The notes under the pieces were generated by a model that searched no databases, was not told the origin of the DNA, and saw only the letters and a program-made list of their open reading frames with translations. Below, piece after piece: positions 38,350 through 48,886 of a stretch of 64,000 nucleotides of DNA. The stretch's first letter is position 1. Each line of letters starts with the position of its first letter. The stretch spans positions 25,606,001 to 25,670,000 of the forward strand of contig OZ360250.1 of the NCBI GenBank assembly GCA_977017645.1, read 5' to 3'. The position numbers and the translations under genes are program-made. The DNA is from Torpedo marmorata (Eukaryota).

Positions 38350-39415
38350 TCCTTTGGGTTACCCTTCCCTCGTTCACTCATCCCTTCCCAGTAATCGCCC
38401 CCTCTGTACCTACCCATGTGACCGCAAGAAATACTACTCATGCGCCCACACATCCTCACTCCCCTCCATTTGGGGCTCCACAAAGTCCTTCCAAGTGAAG
38501 CAACACTTCACTTGTGAATCTGCAGGGGTCATCTACTTCATCTGGTGGTCTCGTGGTAGTCTCCTCTACATGGGAGAAACTGGACGCAGACTGGGAGATC
38601 ATTTCATTGAGCACCTCAGCTCTGTCCGATTCAATAACAGGGACCTTCCAGTAGCCAACCATTTTAATTCCACACACCATTCCCACACTGACATGTCTAT
38701 CCATGGCCTCATGCACTGCCAAACTGAGGCCACCCACAAATTGGATGAACAATACCCAATATTCCATCTGGGCACTCTCCAACCAGACGGCATTAACATC
38801 AACTTCTCCACCTTCCATTAAACCTTTCCCACGTGTCTCTCTCTTTCCCTATCCCTCCTTCTTTCCCCCAGATCCCCACCCACTTCGCTTCCCTCTCCAA
38901 TCAGAAAGTTACCCCCTCCCACTATCACCTCAGCTTTTTTCTCTTCTACTGTTCCACTTATACCCTCTCACCTGTTAGCCTGTTCTCCTCCCTCCTGCCC
39001 CTTCTTTCCTCCCTTCTCCCCTCTCTTCCCCCACCTTTTTATTCAGGCACCTGAGTTTTAGTTTTTAAAAAATATTTAGACATATAGCACGGTAACAGGC
39101 CCTCCTGGCCCACAAGCCCGTGCCGCCCAAATATACCAATTAACCTACAAACCCCGTATGCTTTTGAAAGGTGGGAGGAAACCGGAGCGCCCGGAGGAAA
39201 CCCATGCAGACACGGGAAAAACGTACAAATTCCTTACAGACAGAGCCGGATTCAAACCTGGGTTGCTGGCGCTGTAACAGCGTTGTGCTAACCACTATGC
39301 TAAGCGTGCCGCCCTACCTGGAAGGGCTCAGGCCCAAAACGTTGATTACCCTTTACTTCCCATAAATGCTGCGTGACATGCTGAGTTTCTCCCAGTACTT
39401 TTGTGTATTGCACTT
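38350..39415 (+). mobile_element. Penelope-like element 3' part (GIY-YIG endonuclease + terminal repeat), interrupted by a V-SINE
   Basis: FTCESAGVIYFIWWSRGSLLYMGETGRRLGDHFIEH...HFN...LGTLQPDGIN is a PLE-type GIY-YIG domain. Confidence 0.88.
39060..39314 (-). mobile_element. V-SINE (same family as 9571-9815)
   Basis: Near full-length similarity to the 9.6-kb copy. Confidence 0.88.
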
Positions 39416-40029
39416 ATTTCCTATCTACTTCTGTTCTCCTAGAGTGGAACTGTTCCACATCAACAGCCTAACCCACATCCAGCTGGTTCATTGGTTGACA
39501 AACCATCACTACTATTTACTTCACTGATGTTTACTCTCTTAATTATCAGCCCAGAACCAAACAGATGCTCCAGACATAATCAACCCAGGATGAGCAGCTT
39601 ATTCAGGCATCTCACTGCTCATGGGTCTGATGGTTGGTTGAACCCTCTGACTATCAGAAAACACTCAGCAAGGTGGGCAGATCATTCATCAGAATTTACC
39701 TGAAACTGTTTCCCTTTCTACAAATGCTGCGAGAACTGCTAAGTGCTTCTACCATTTTCTGGTTTTATTTTTGGCACTTTATATTGAAAAGGTGCAACAA
39801 TTGTTGATGGAATTGTCAGTTAAACAGTTTTAAACGATTTGCAGGCTGTTTGCAGGAGCAGCTCTGCTGTTAGTCCAGAACCGGGAAGAGCAGGGAGTGG
39901 GACCACGGCCTTTCAGGGCACCTCCACGGGGTCTTACTGCGTGAATGTCCTGCCCCACAACCCCCGTGCAGCTCTAGATTGCCTGCAGAATGGACCTGGT
40001 GACAATTTTTACATCGAAGATCCTCGGAG

Positions 40030-40643
40030 GTCTGAATTCAAGATGGTGGTCCCCATGTTTGGCAGCCCAGACTTCCATGGTTACAGACTCCGAGGAAGGA
40101 GCCAACAGTGAAAGGCACCAGAGCAGGAGAGCACTCCACCCCATCCCCACTGAGGGGGAGAAGTCTTGGAGAGGTCCCTGCAGAGTAGGAAACTACAACA
40201 GCAAACCAGGCTCCAGCTCAGGGCTCAGCAACCAAAGGCCTCACAACAGGCCACAGGAGACTGGCTTCTGGGAACCCATCATCAGGTCCGGGATTCACAA
40301 AGGTGCTGATGGCGAGCAGGGCTCCCGAAGCGCCTCGGGTGCTGATGGCTTTCTGCTCACTCTGGAGATTTGAAAACAGGGATTGAGGAGGTGCGACTTG
40401 GGTCTTTAACTCAGGTTCACCGCTGGGCAGAACGGGAGGCCATGCAGCTGCAGAGGTTACAGGGGCGCAGGAAACAACGGCGACAGAGGAGATGGAAGGA
40501 TCCATGGACACAATGTCTCTGTGGGGACACTCTATTGCTTCTCTTTCTTGTCTTGGTAGTGATGCTGTATTAATAGTGCCTCTTTGTGTGCCTTTACAGG
40601 GCTGACAAAGGAAAGGTTTTTGTGTATTTTGTGCACTTGACAA
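40030..40643 (+). mobile_element. Diverged second copy of the GC-rich-head / Rex1-tail element (5' end may extend to about 39835)
   Basis: caagatgg..acagactcc.gg.aag..ggcaccagag..ggagaag..ttgcttctctttct..tgacaataaa shared with 17070-17721. Confidence 0.65.
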
Positions 40644-40847
40644 TAAATGCAATCTTAAATCCTTGGGAATGATAGGATGGGTGTTTGCCCTTGCAGATGC
40701 AATGTGTAACAGCAGGGGGAGCTCTCAATGGCTACTGGGTCTTTGCCTTTACTGAAACCTCGTGTGACAGAATGAATGAAAATCACGAATTGTCTGATTA
40801 AGAAACACACACGTTCAAAGACATAATTAAGAAACTGCTAACATTAA

Positions 40848-41343
40848 TTTAGTATTAAAAAGAAATTAAATATGTTTCAAGTAGAATTTTTACGAATTGC
40901 TTTAGCGGTTTCAAAAAAATGCATTGCTATTACTTGGAAATCTGACTTAGATTTAGGATTAGAAAGATGGCATGCAGAGCTCCGTTCGTGTATACCACTG
41001 GAAAAAATTACTTATAATTTACGTAATAAATATCATTTCTTCTTGAAAATTTGGAGCCCATATATGAGAGCTGTGGGTTTAAGGATCTGAAGATCTCTAG
41101 ATATCGGATCTACTGGCAAACTTGACCTCCGTAATAGAATTTGTTTATAGATGATATTCCCCTTATTCTATCTTTTCCTTTCTTTCTTTTTTCTATTTTT
41201 ATTTTTACTTTATATTACTAGATTAGTGGGGATGGGGGGGTTAGGGAGGGGAGGGAGGGTGAAAATGTATCACATGTATTTTGACAATTTTATATTTTAT
41301 GTATTTTGTGATTTAAAAGTTTAAATAAAAAAAAAAAAAAAAA
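40848..41343 (+). mobile_element. Recent 5'-truncated L1/Tx1 LINE with poly(A)
   Basis: 19-bp TSD AAGAAACTGCTAACATTAA at 40829-40847 and 41344-41362; TT/AAGA site; intact A tail. Confidence 0.92.
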
Positions 41344-42047
41344 AAGAAACTGCTAACATTAACTTTAGAACCTGCTCTTTGGAAAGTTTAGAACTGAATA
41401 GTAAGGGGACTGAAATAGGTGCACCATTATTTTCCTCGTATCATTCAGTGGGATGCGCTCCAGGGCGTGATAAAATTTTCCCCTCGTGACCAAACACCAA
41501 TTATTGTCTGTGCTCTAAAAATCACTGCAACTTTCCCAATTCTTTTTGGAATTCACTCTGTTATTGATTTATTAAAGATTTTTTTTTCAGACGACTAACA
41601 AATAGGATAAAAGGAATAGCTGCTTACTGGCCTCCAAATTGGGCAGGAAGTGTGTACGCATTATGAGTATTTTCATCAAAATAATAATGGCTGAAACATC
41701 TGCACGAAAACAGCACTTATGCTCTCTGTAGCAGTCACGGATCTTCTACCATTCTTTTTTTTTTTTTTTAACTTCTTGGGCAGATCCTTAGGATTGAGGA
41801 TAACTTGCTTCCTCCCTAGTTTTCTGATTTCTGGGGAGACTGATGAGACCAATGTAAGAATTGCAGATTCTACCACAGATGCAACAGGAATTTGTTTATT
41901 GTCATATGCACCAAGGTACAGTGAGAAAGTTTGCTTTGAGAGCAGTCCTGTCAATTTACATTCATAGTACAGCAACAAAAACAGTACAAAGTGCAGAGTT
42001 ACAGACAGCGATCAGTTAGAACAGGACAAACAAAACATTATTTTATT

Positions 42048-45012
42048 CGTCAAGTCACCTTTATTTGTCGTTCATTACCATATACACAGTAAGACGAGAT
42101 AGCGTTTCTCCAGGACCATGGGCAGATGTACATAAATATCATAATACAATAGAAAAACTATAACATGCTAATACACATACATATCTAGGAATTGAGGAGC
42201 CTGATGGCTTGGGGGAAAAAACTGTTGCAGTCTGGACGTGCGAGCCCGCGTGCTTCGGTACCTCCTTCTAGATGGCAAAGAGGAAAACAGTTTACCAAAG
42301 GGGTGTGATAAGTCCTTCACAATGTTTTTAGCCTTCCTCATGCATCGTGTGTTGTAAATGTCTGTCATGGTGGGGAGAGAGACTCCAATAATTTTCTCCG
42401 CTGCCCTCACTATCCTCTGCAGGGTCTTTTGGTCCGAGGTGGTACAGTTTCCAAACCAAGCGGTAATGCAATTGCTCAGAATACTCTCAATGCATCCCCT
42501 GTAGAATGTAGTAAGGATAGGGGGTGGGAGATGAACTTTCCTCAGTCTTCGCAGGAAGTAAAGATGCTGCTGGGCTTTCTTGACTATGGAACTGGTGTTT
42601 AGGGACCAGCTGAGACTCTCCGCCAAGTGCACTCCAAGAAACTTGGTACTCTTTACGACCTCAACGGTAGAGCCGTCCATGGTCAAAGGAGAATGATTCC
42701 CCCCGGGCCCTTCTGAAGTTGACAACCAACTCTTTTGTTTTGTTCACGTTCAGCTGCAGGTTGTTGTTTCCGCACCATTCCATTAGCGACTGCACCTCAT
42801 CTCTGTATGCTGACTCATCATTCTTACTGATAAGGCCCACCACGGTTGTATCATCAGCAAACTTTATGATGGGATTCGAGCTGTGTTTTGCTGCACAGTC
42901 ATGAGTCAGCAGGGTGAACAGCAATGGACTAAGCACAGAGCCCTGGGGAGCCCCCGTGCTCAATGTAATGACCTTGGAAGTGCTGTTTCCAATCCGGACT
43001 GCCTGAGGTCTTCCCGTCAGGAAGTCTAGGATCCAATTACAGAGGGTGTAGTTTAGGCCCAGCCCGCTCAACTTCCCTATCAGGTACTGAGGTATGATCG
43101 TGTTGAATGCCGAGCTGAAGTCAATAAACAGCATTCGAACATACGCGTCCTTATTTTCCAGGTGGGTGAGGGCTAGGAGGAGGGTGGTAATGATGGCATC
43201 ATCTGTGGAGCGGTTTGATCTATATGCAAACTGCAGGGGGTCCAGTGAGGGGGGCAGCAGAAGCTTGATGTGCCTCATGACGAGCCTCTCGAAGCACTTC
43301 ATGACGGTGGATGAGAGTGCGACAGGGCGGTAGTCATTGAGGCAGGACACCGTCAACTTCTTCGGCACGGGGATGATGGTAGCGGCTTTGAAGCACGTTG
43401 GAACCACGGCACTGCTCAAGGAGATGTTAAAGATGTCGGTGAGAACATCAGCCAGCTGGGCCGCACATCCCCTGAGAACTCTGCCGGGAATGTTATCTGG
43501 CCCAGCAGCTTTCCGCGGGTTAACCCCGCCTAACACTCTCCTCACGTCGGCCACTGTGAAACACAGCACCTGTTCATTTGGAGGAGGGGTTGTCTTCTTT
43601 GCCACTACATCGTTTTTTGCCTCAAAACGCACGTAGAAGTTGTTCAGTGCATCTGGGAGGGAGGCATCACCAGCACAGTCAGATTGCCCTTCAACATGCG
43701 TCGCGTGTCCTTGCTGTCCTGAAAGTGACTCTGAATTCGCTGGGCCTGTGCACGCTTTGCCTCCTTGATGGCCTTAAACAGCTTGGCTCTTACAATAGCT
43801 AAGGTCACCTTGTCACCCGCACTGAAGGCAGAGTTTCGGCTCCTCAGCAGCACACGCACCTCCGCAGTCATCCATGGCTTCTGATTAGAGTGAGTAATGA
43901 TGGTTTTGGGCACAGTGACTTCGTCAGTACACTTACTAATGTAGCTAGTCACCGATGCCGTATACTCCTCCAGATTGATGCAGTCGCCATCGGTTGCTGC
44001 TTCCCTGAACATGTGCCAATCAGTGCGCTCAAAGCAGCCCTGAAGTGCATGGATGGCACCTGCTGGCCAGGTTTTAACCTGCTTCCGAACTGGTCTGGAG
44101 CATCTGGCGAGCGGTCTGTATGCTGGGGTTAGCATTACTGAGATATGGTCTGAGTATCCGAGGTGGGGGCGGGGCTCCGCCCGATACGCACCGGAAATGT
44201 TCGTGAACACAAGATCCAACGCGTTCGCTCCTCTCGTAGCAAAGTCCACATACTGATGAAATTTTGGTAGCCCTGTCTTGAGGTTCGCCTGGTTGAAGTC
44301 GCCAGCGATAATCAGCAGTCCATCAGGGTGTGCGGTCTGCAGTCTGCAGTTCGCCTATAGCCCCACACAGTTCCCAGATCGCCTCCTTGGCATTAGCACT
44401 GGGGGGGATGTACACTCCAACAAGAAGGACCGTGGTAAATTCCCACGGTAGGTAAAATGGTCTACATCTTACAGTCACAAATTCCACCAATGCTGAGCAG
44501 TGACTGGAGACTAGTACAGACTCCTTACACCATTCTGTGTTGATATAAACACACAAGCCACCGCCACGGACTTTTCCACAGAGAGCAGCATCTCTGTCAG
44601 CCCTAAATAAAGTGAGTCCATCCAGCTGAATGGCGGCGTATGTGACCCTGTCGCTGAGCCACGTTTCCACAAAGACCAACACACAGCAGTCCCTGTACTC
44701 ATGCTGTGCAGACTCTGGAGTCGGATGTGGTCCATTTTATTCTCCAGGGAACAGACGTTGGCGAGCAGAATGGACAGGAGAGCCAGGCGGCAGGGGTTTG
44801 CTCTCAGTCTAGCGCGCACCCCCCGCTCGCTTCCCACGCTTCCTCCATCTCGCACACCGCTTTCGTCTTCTCCGCGATCCCGAGGCTTTAAAGCTTAATC
44901 CCCGCAGCAGCCCGTGGTCGCTCAGCCTGACCCGCAGATCTTCCCGGAGGTAAGTAGACGAGTTTCTGAGCATTTTTAGAAGCAGAAAATTGTAGTTACG
45001 CCAGGTAACCAT
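42048..45012 (-). mobile_element. Near full-length Rex1/Babar LINE (APE + RT, frameshifted)
   Basis: [43 protein letters not shown] (APE); [38 protein letters not shown] (RT), split over several ORFs. Confidence 0.93.
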
Positions 45013-45573
45013 GTTCCAAACCGTATTTTGAATTAAATATTAAATTAAAAACACCCTATTTCCCGCTATAATTTAAAACTAAACTCAAGGACAATGTCTA
45101 TTCATTATCATCTAATACCAACATACCCCTCCAGATTTGTCAACATGTAAAAAAAAATCACTGAGAGAAGGGCACAAAATATATTCCGGGACAGAGGGGT
45201 TTCAATGCTAATCTCCAAGTGGAACCCAGCTGGCTGTGTGATGAAAGCCACATGTGTCATCCTTCATTTCCAATTTATCAGAAGGTGAAAAATAAAACCC
45301 AAAGCTTGTAATCCAAACTAAAAATGTAAAAGAATGTAAATACTCAACAGGCCAGGCAGCATCTATGGAAATAGAAGAGTAATGTTAAAGATGGAAGTCC
45401 ATTCATGAGAGTAAAATCTGCCTGACTTTGTCCTCACCAATCTATCTATTGCAAAAGTGTCTTTCAATACCTGCATTGCCAGGAGCGAACTGTTTGTAGA
45501 GGGTCCTAATTTTACAGAAGTCACCCAACGTTATTCTCTGCGGCATCAGCACGATGCCAACTGCACCGTCTCT

Positions 45574-45769
45574 CCCGCCCCCACAACCCCCTCCCTCCCC
45601 CCCGCCCCCACAACCCCCTCCCTCCCCCCCGCCCTATTCACCGACCTCTCGCGAGAACCAGGCGCTAGCAGGTACCAGCTCTCGCGATGTTTGGCCGCCG
45701 GGTACTGGCGATCGCGCTGTGGCTGCAGCGAGCGGCGGGAGGGAGACCGCGTCCATCTTACAGGTGAAT
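45574..45769 (+). promoter_or_regulatory. CpG-island promoter and probable non-coding first exon of the next gene (USP54 by synteny, inferred)
   Basis: Dense CpG; three GC boxes in a 27-bp duplication (45574-45634); TCTCGCGAGA 45647-45656; TCTCGCGATG 45680-45689; YY1-like CCATCTT; donor CAG|GTGAAT after 45763. Confidence 0.65.
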
Positions 45770-46724
45770 ATTTCAGACGCCGAGTGATTCGCGGTTTGAA
45801 CGTGCCTGATGTCCGAAAGGGCTGGATCATCTGCAGCGTGTCGGGGCGCGGGAGGCTGCGATCGTCGCGCTCCACGGTGGTCGAGGCACGTTGACCCCTG
45901 ACCTGGCTGGAGAGGGAGAGGGAGGGGGAGTGTTAGTGACTCGGGTGGCATCAACCCCCTCTCATCACCCGGCTTCTCTCAGTACTCTCCATCCCTACCC
46001 TTACAACCCACCCTCAGGGACCTTTCTATTCCGTTCAAGCACTTCCCCCGACGTTCCCACCTCCTACACCCAAATTCCCGCAAATTGTTGCCCTTTCCTT
46101 CATCCATCTTCCCCAATTCTTCTCACCCCATTCCCTCTCATGTCTACACCCACATACCCCAGTCTGCCTCCAACTCCTTCCCTCCTCCCTCCCATCCACA
46201 CCCTCCTCCCCTCCCATCCACACCCTCCTCCCCTCCCATCCACACCCTCCTCCCCTCCCATCCACACCCTCCTCCCCTCCCATCCCCTCCTCCTCCCCTC
46301 CCATCCCCTCCTCCTCCCTCCCATCCCCTCCTCCTCCCTCCCATCCTGTCACCTCTTCCTCCCGTCACCTCTTCCTCCCGTCACCTCTTCCTCCCTCCCA
46401 TCCCGTCCGTCTCCTCCTCCTCCCTCCTATCCCCTCCCCTCCCCCCTCCCCCCTCCCCCCTCCCATCCCCTCCCCTCCCCTCCTCCCCTCCTGTCCCCTC
46501 CTCCCCTCCCATCCCATCCCCTCCTCCCCTCCCATCCCATCCCCTCCTCCCCTCCCAACCCGTCCCCTCCTCCCCTCCCATCCCGTCCCCTCCTCCTCCT
46601 CCCTCCCATCCCGTCCCCTCCTCCTCCCTTCCATCCCGTCCCCTCCTCCTCCCTCCCATCCCGTCCTCCCCTCCCATCCCGTCCTCCCCTCCCATCCACA
46701 CCCTCCTCCCTCACATCCCATACC

Positions 46725-46787
46725 CTCAGTGGTTAGAGCACTGGTCTTGTAAACCAGGGGTTGTGAGTTCATTCCTCGCTGGGGTCT
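46725..46787 (+). pseudogene. 5'-truncated tRNA-Thr(TGT) sequence serving as a SINE head
   Basis: CTCAGTGGTTAGAGC A CTGGT-CT-TGT-AA-ACCAG GGGTT GTGAG-TTCATTC-CTCGC TGGGGTCT; anticodon at 46748-46750; 5' acceptor strand missing and T-loop altered. Confidence 0.88.
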
Positions 46788-46916
46788 CACCAATGTGAGG
46801 GGCGCTGGACAAAGTAGCGACTCTCTGTCTTCCTTACGGTAGACAAAGTTAAAGAATTTCATGTATGTTACATTCTAAATGTAGTATTACGTGACAATAA
46901 ATGGAACCTTTAACTT
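46725..46916 (+). mobile_element. tRNA-Thr-headed SINE with the same tail as the 5S-SINEs
   Basis: 46794-46916 is nearly identical to 48763-48886 and to the reverse complement of 26983-27105. Confidence 0.88.
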
Positions 46917-48142
46917 CCCATCCACACCCTCCTCCCCTCCCATCCACACCCTCCTTCCTCCCATGCCATACCCTCCTCCCCTCCTGTCCCATCTCACACC
47001 CTTCTCCCTCCCATTCTGTATCCTCCTTCCCTCCCATCCCATTCTTCCCTCCCATCCCGTAGCCTCCCTTCCTTCCCTCCTATCCCATACCTCTTCCCTC
47101 CCATCCCATACCTCCTCCCTCCTTCCCTCCCATCCCATACCTCCTCCCTCCCTCCCAGCCAATACCACTGTCCCTCTCATCCTAAACTGCCTCTATGTAA
47201 ATCTTCTACTTCTATCCCTATACCCCTCTCTACCCCAACCAAATGGTACTTATCCTATTGCCCATCCCTATCCCATCTCTTTTCCCTATCTGCCCCCACC
47301 AGTCCCTTGCCGTTCCAATTAATCACCCTTCCACCACTGTACCCCATACCTCCTCCCATCATGTCTCATTCCCATCTCCATATCCCTCCCAGCTCCCATC
47401 TCTGTCCTGTCCCAACTCTGCCTACTCAACCCTCCATCTACCCCATCCTCTGAAGATTCCTTTCTCCCTTCCAAATCCTCCTTCATCACTCCTAGATTAA
47501 GCCCCTCCTTCCCCCCGCAGAGATTAATCACTTCCTTCCTCCCTCCTTCCAATCAATCGCCTCTGCCCTCCCAGATCAATCATTTTTTTATGACCCTTCT
47601 CTCCTTGCTTCCCTTCCTTCCCATTCCCTCCCTTCCACTCACTTTCCACATTCTTTCCTCCTCCCTCTCTCATCAATCCCCTCTTCCCACCTAAATCAAT
47701 CCCCTGGTTCCTCCCTACCCAGATCTGTTACCTCTATGAGTTTAATACATCTCACCTAAAAATGTTTATTTCACCAGAGATGCTGCTTGTCCACAGATTA
47801 TTTCTGGTGTTCTCTGTTTTTATTTTAGGTTTCTAGAATTAGCTTTTTGCTTTTGCATTAAGTGTTGTACTGTAGTCCACAACTCTATTTTAGTTTAGGT
47901 TTAACAGCATGAATATTGAATTTTCTAATTTTAGGTACAGACCCATATGATTCCATTATTTCCATCTCTTCTTCACCTTCTTCTGTACTCAATTTTTTTC
48001 TCTCTTTCTCTAACTTTTCTTGACCCCCTTCCTAATAGTTTCTCCTTCTACCAGTCTCCACCTTTCACACCTTCTCTCCATCACCTCTGGGGCCCCTTCC
48101 CCAGCTTCTTTCCTCTATATATGTATTTTTACCTTTTTACCT

Positions 48143-48410
48143 TGGTCTTGATAAGGGGTTTTGACTCAAAATGTTGACTAACCAGTTCTACCCATGGATG
48201 TAGTCTTATTTGCTGAGTTCCTCCATCAATTCTTTGTACACTGAGGCTGAGTCAACAAAACAGAAAAAAAAGAAAAACACAAAGACTTCAGATGCTGGAA
48301 TCTTGAGCAGACAAAGAATTGCCGGAGGAATTCAGTGGGTCATGCAGCATCTATGGGTAGAAATCGTCAGTCAATATTTTGGGTCTGAACCCTTTATTGA
48401 GATTAAAGTG
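48143..48410. repeat. Tail-to-tail Penelope-type terminal repeats
   Basis: gtcttgataagggg..aaaatgttgact..ctacccatggatg followed by its inverted homolog; more copies at 48890-49050. Confidence 0.65.
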
Positions 48411-48733
48411 TAAAGGGGGTGATATTATGTATAGAAAGGGGAAAGAATCTGGGAGGGGCGAAGAGGTGAAAGGGTGTAGGACAGAAGGTGTGAGAAGATG
48501 TGAGAAGGGAGAGATCATGTGGGGGGTGGGAAGAAAAGTTAAAGAAAAAAAAAGTCCAGGAGTAGGTAAGGAAGAGTTGAAACAGATGGTGATGGGGGTG
48601 ACCTAAAGTTTGAAAAATCAGTCACTTGAAGTCTCTCACACCTGTCTTATCCCCTATCACCTCTCGGCCCTTCACCAGGTTAATTTTCCCTTTATATTAC
48701 ACAATATTATACATTCCCTTTATATTATATTAC

Positions 48734-48886
48734 CCTAGGAACACCAGGTGCTGTACGTTTCTGTGAGGGGCGCTGGACAGAGTAGCGACTCTCTGTCTGC
48801 CTTACGGTAGACAAAAATTAAAGAATTTCATGTATGTTACATTCTAAATGTAGTATTACGTGACAATAATGGAACCTTTACCCTTT
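48734..48886 (+). mobile_element. 5'-truncated 5S-derived SINE (second copy)
   Basis: cctaggaacaccaggtgctgta.gtttc (5S 3' end) joined to the tail at the same junction as the 27-kb copy. Confidence 0.9.

Larger units (their letters stand above)
46175..47160. repeat. Polypyrimidine minisatellite (CCCATCCACACCCTCCTCCCCT-like units)
   Basis: About 1 kb of C/T-dominated tandem units, interrupted by the tRNA-headed SINE. Confidence 0.92.

Noticed and set aside
46718-46792. Functional tRNA-Thr(TGT) gene
   Set aside because: The 5' acceptor strand is missing, the T-loop is altered (TTCATTC), there is no oligo-T terminator, and it is fused to a repeat tail.
45891-47322. Pro-rich and Gly/Arg-rich ORFs on both strands
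   Set aside because: Artefacts of a stop-poor C/T minisatellite.
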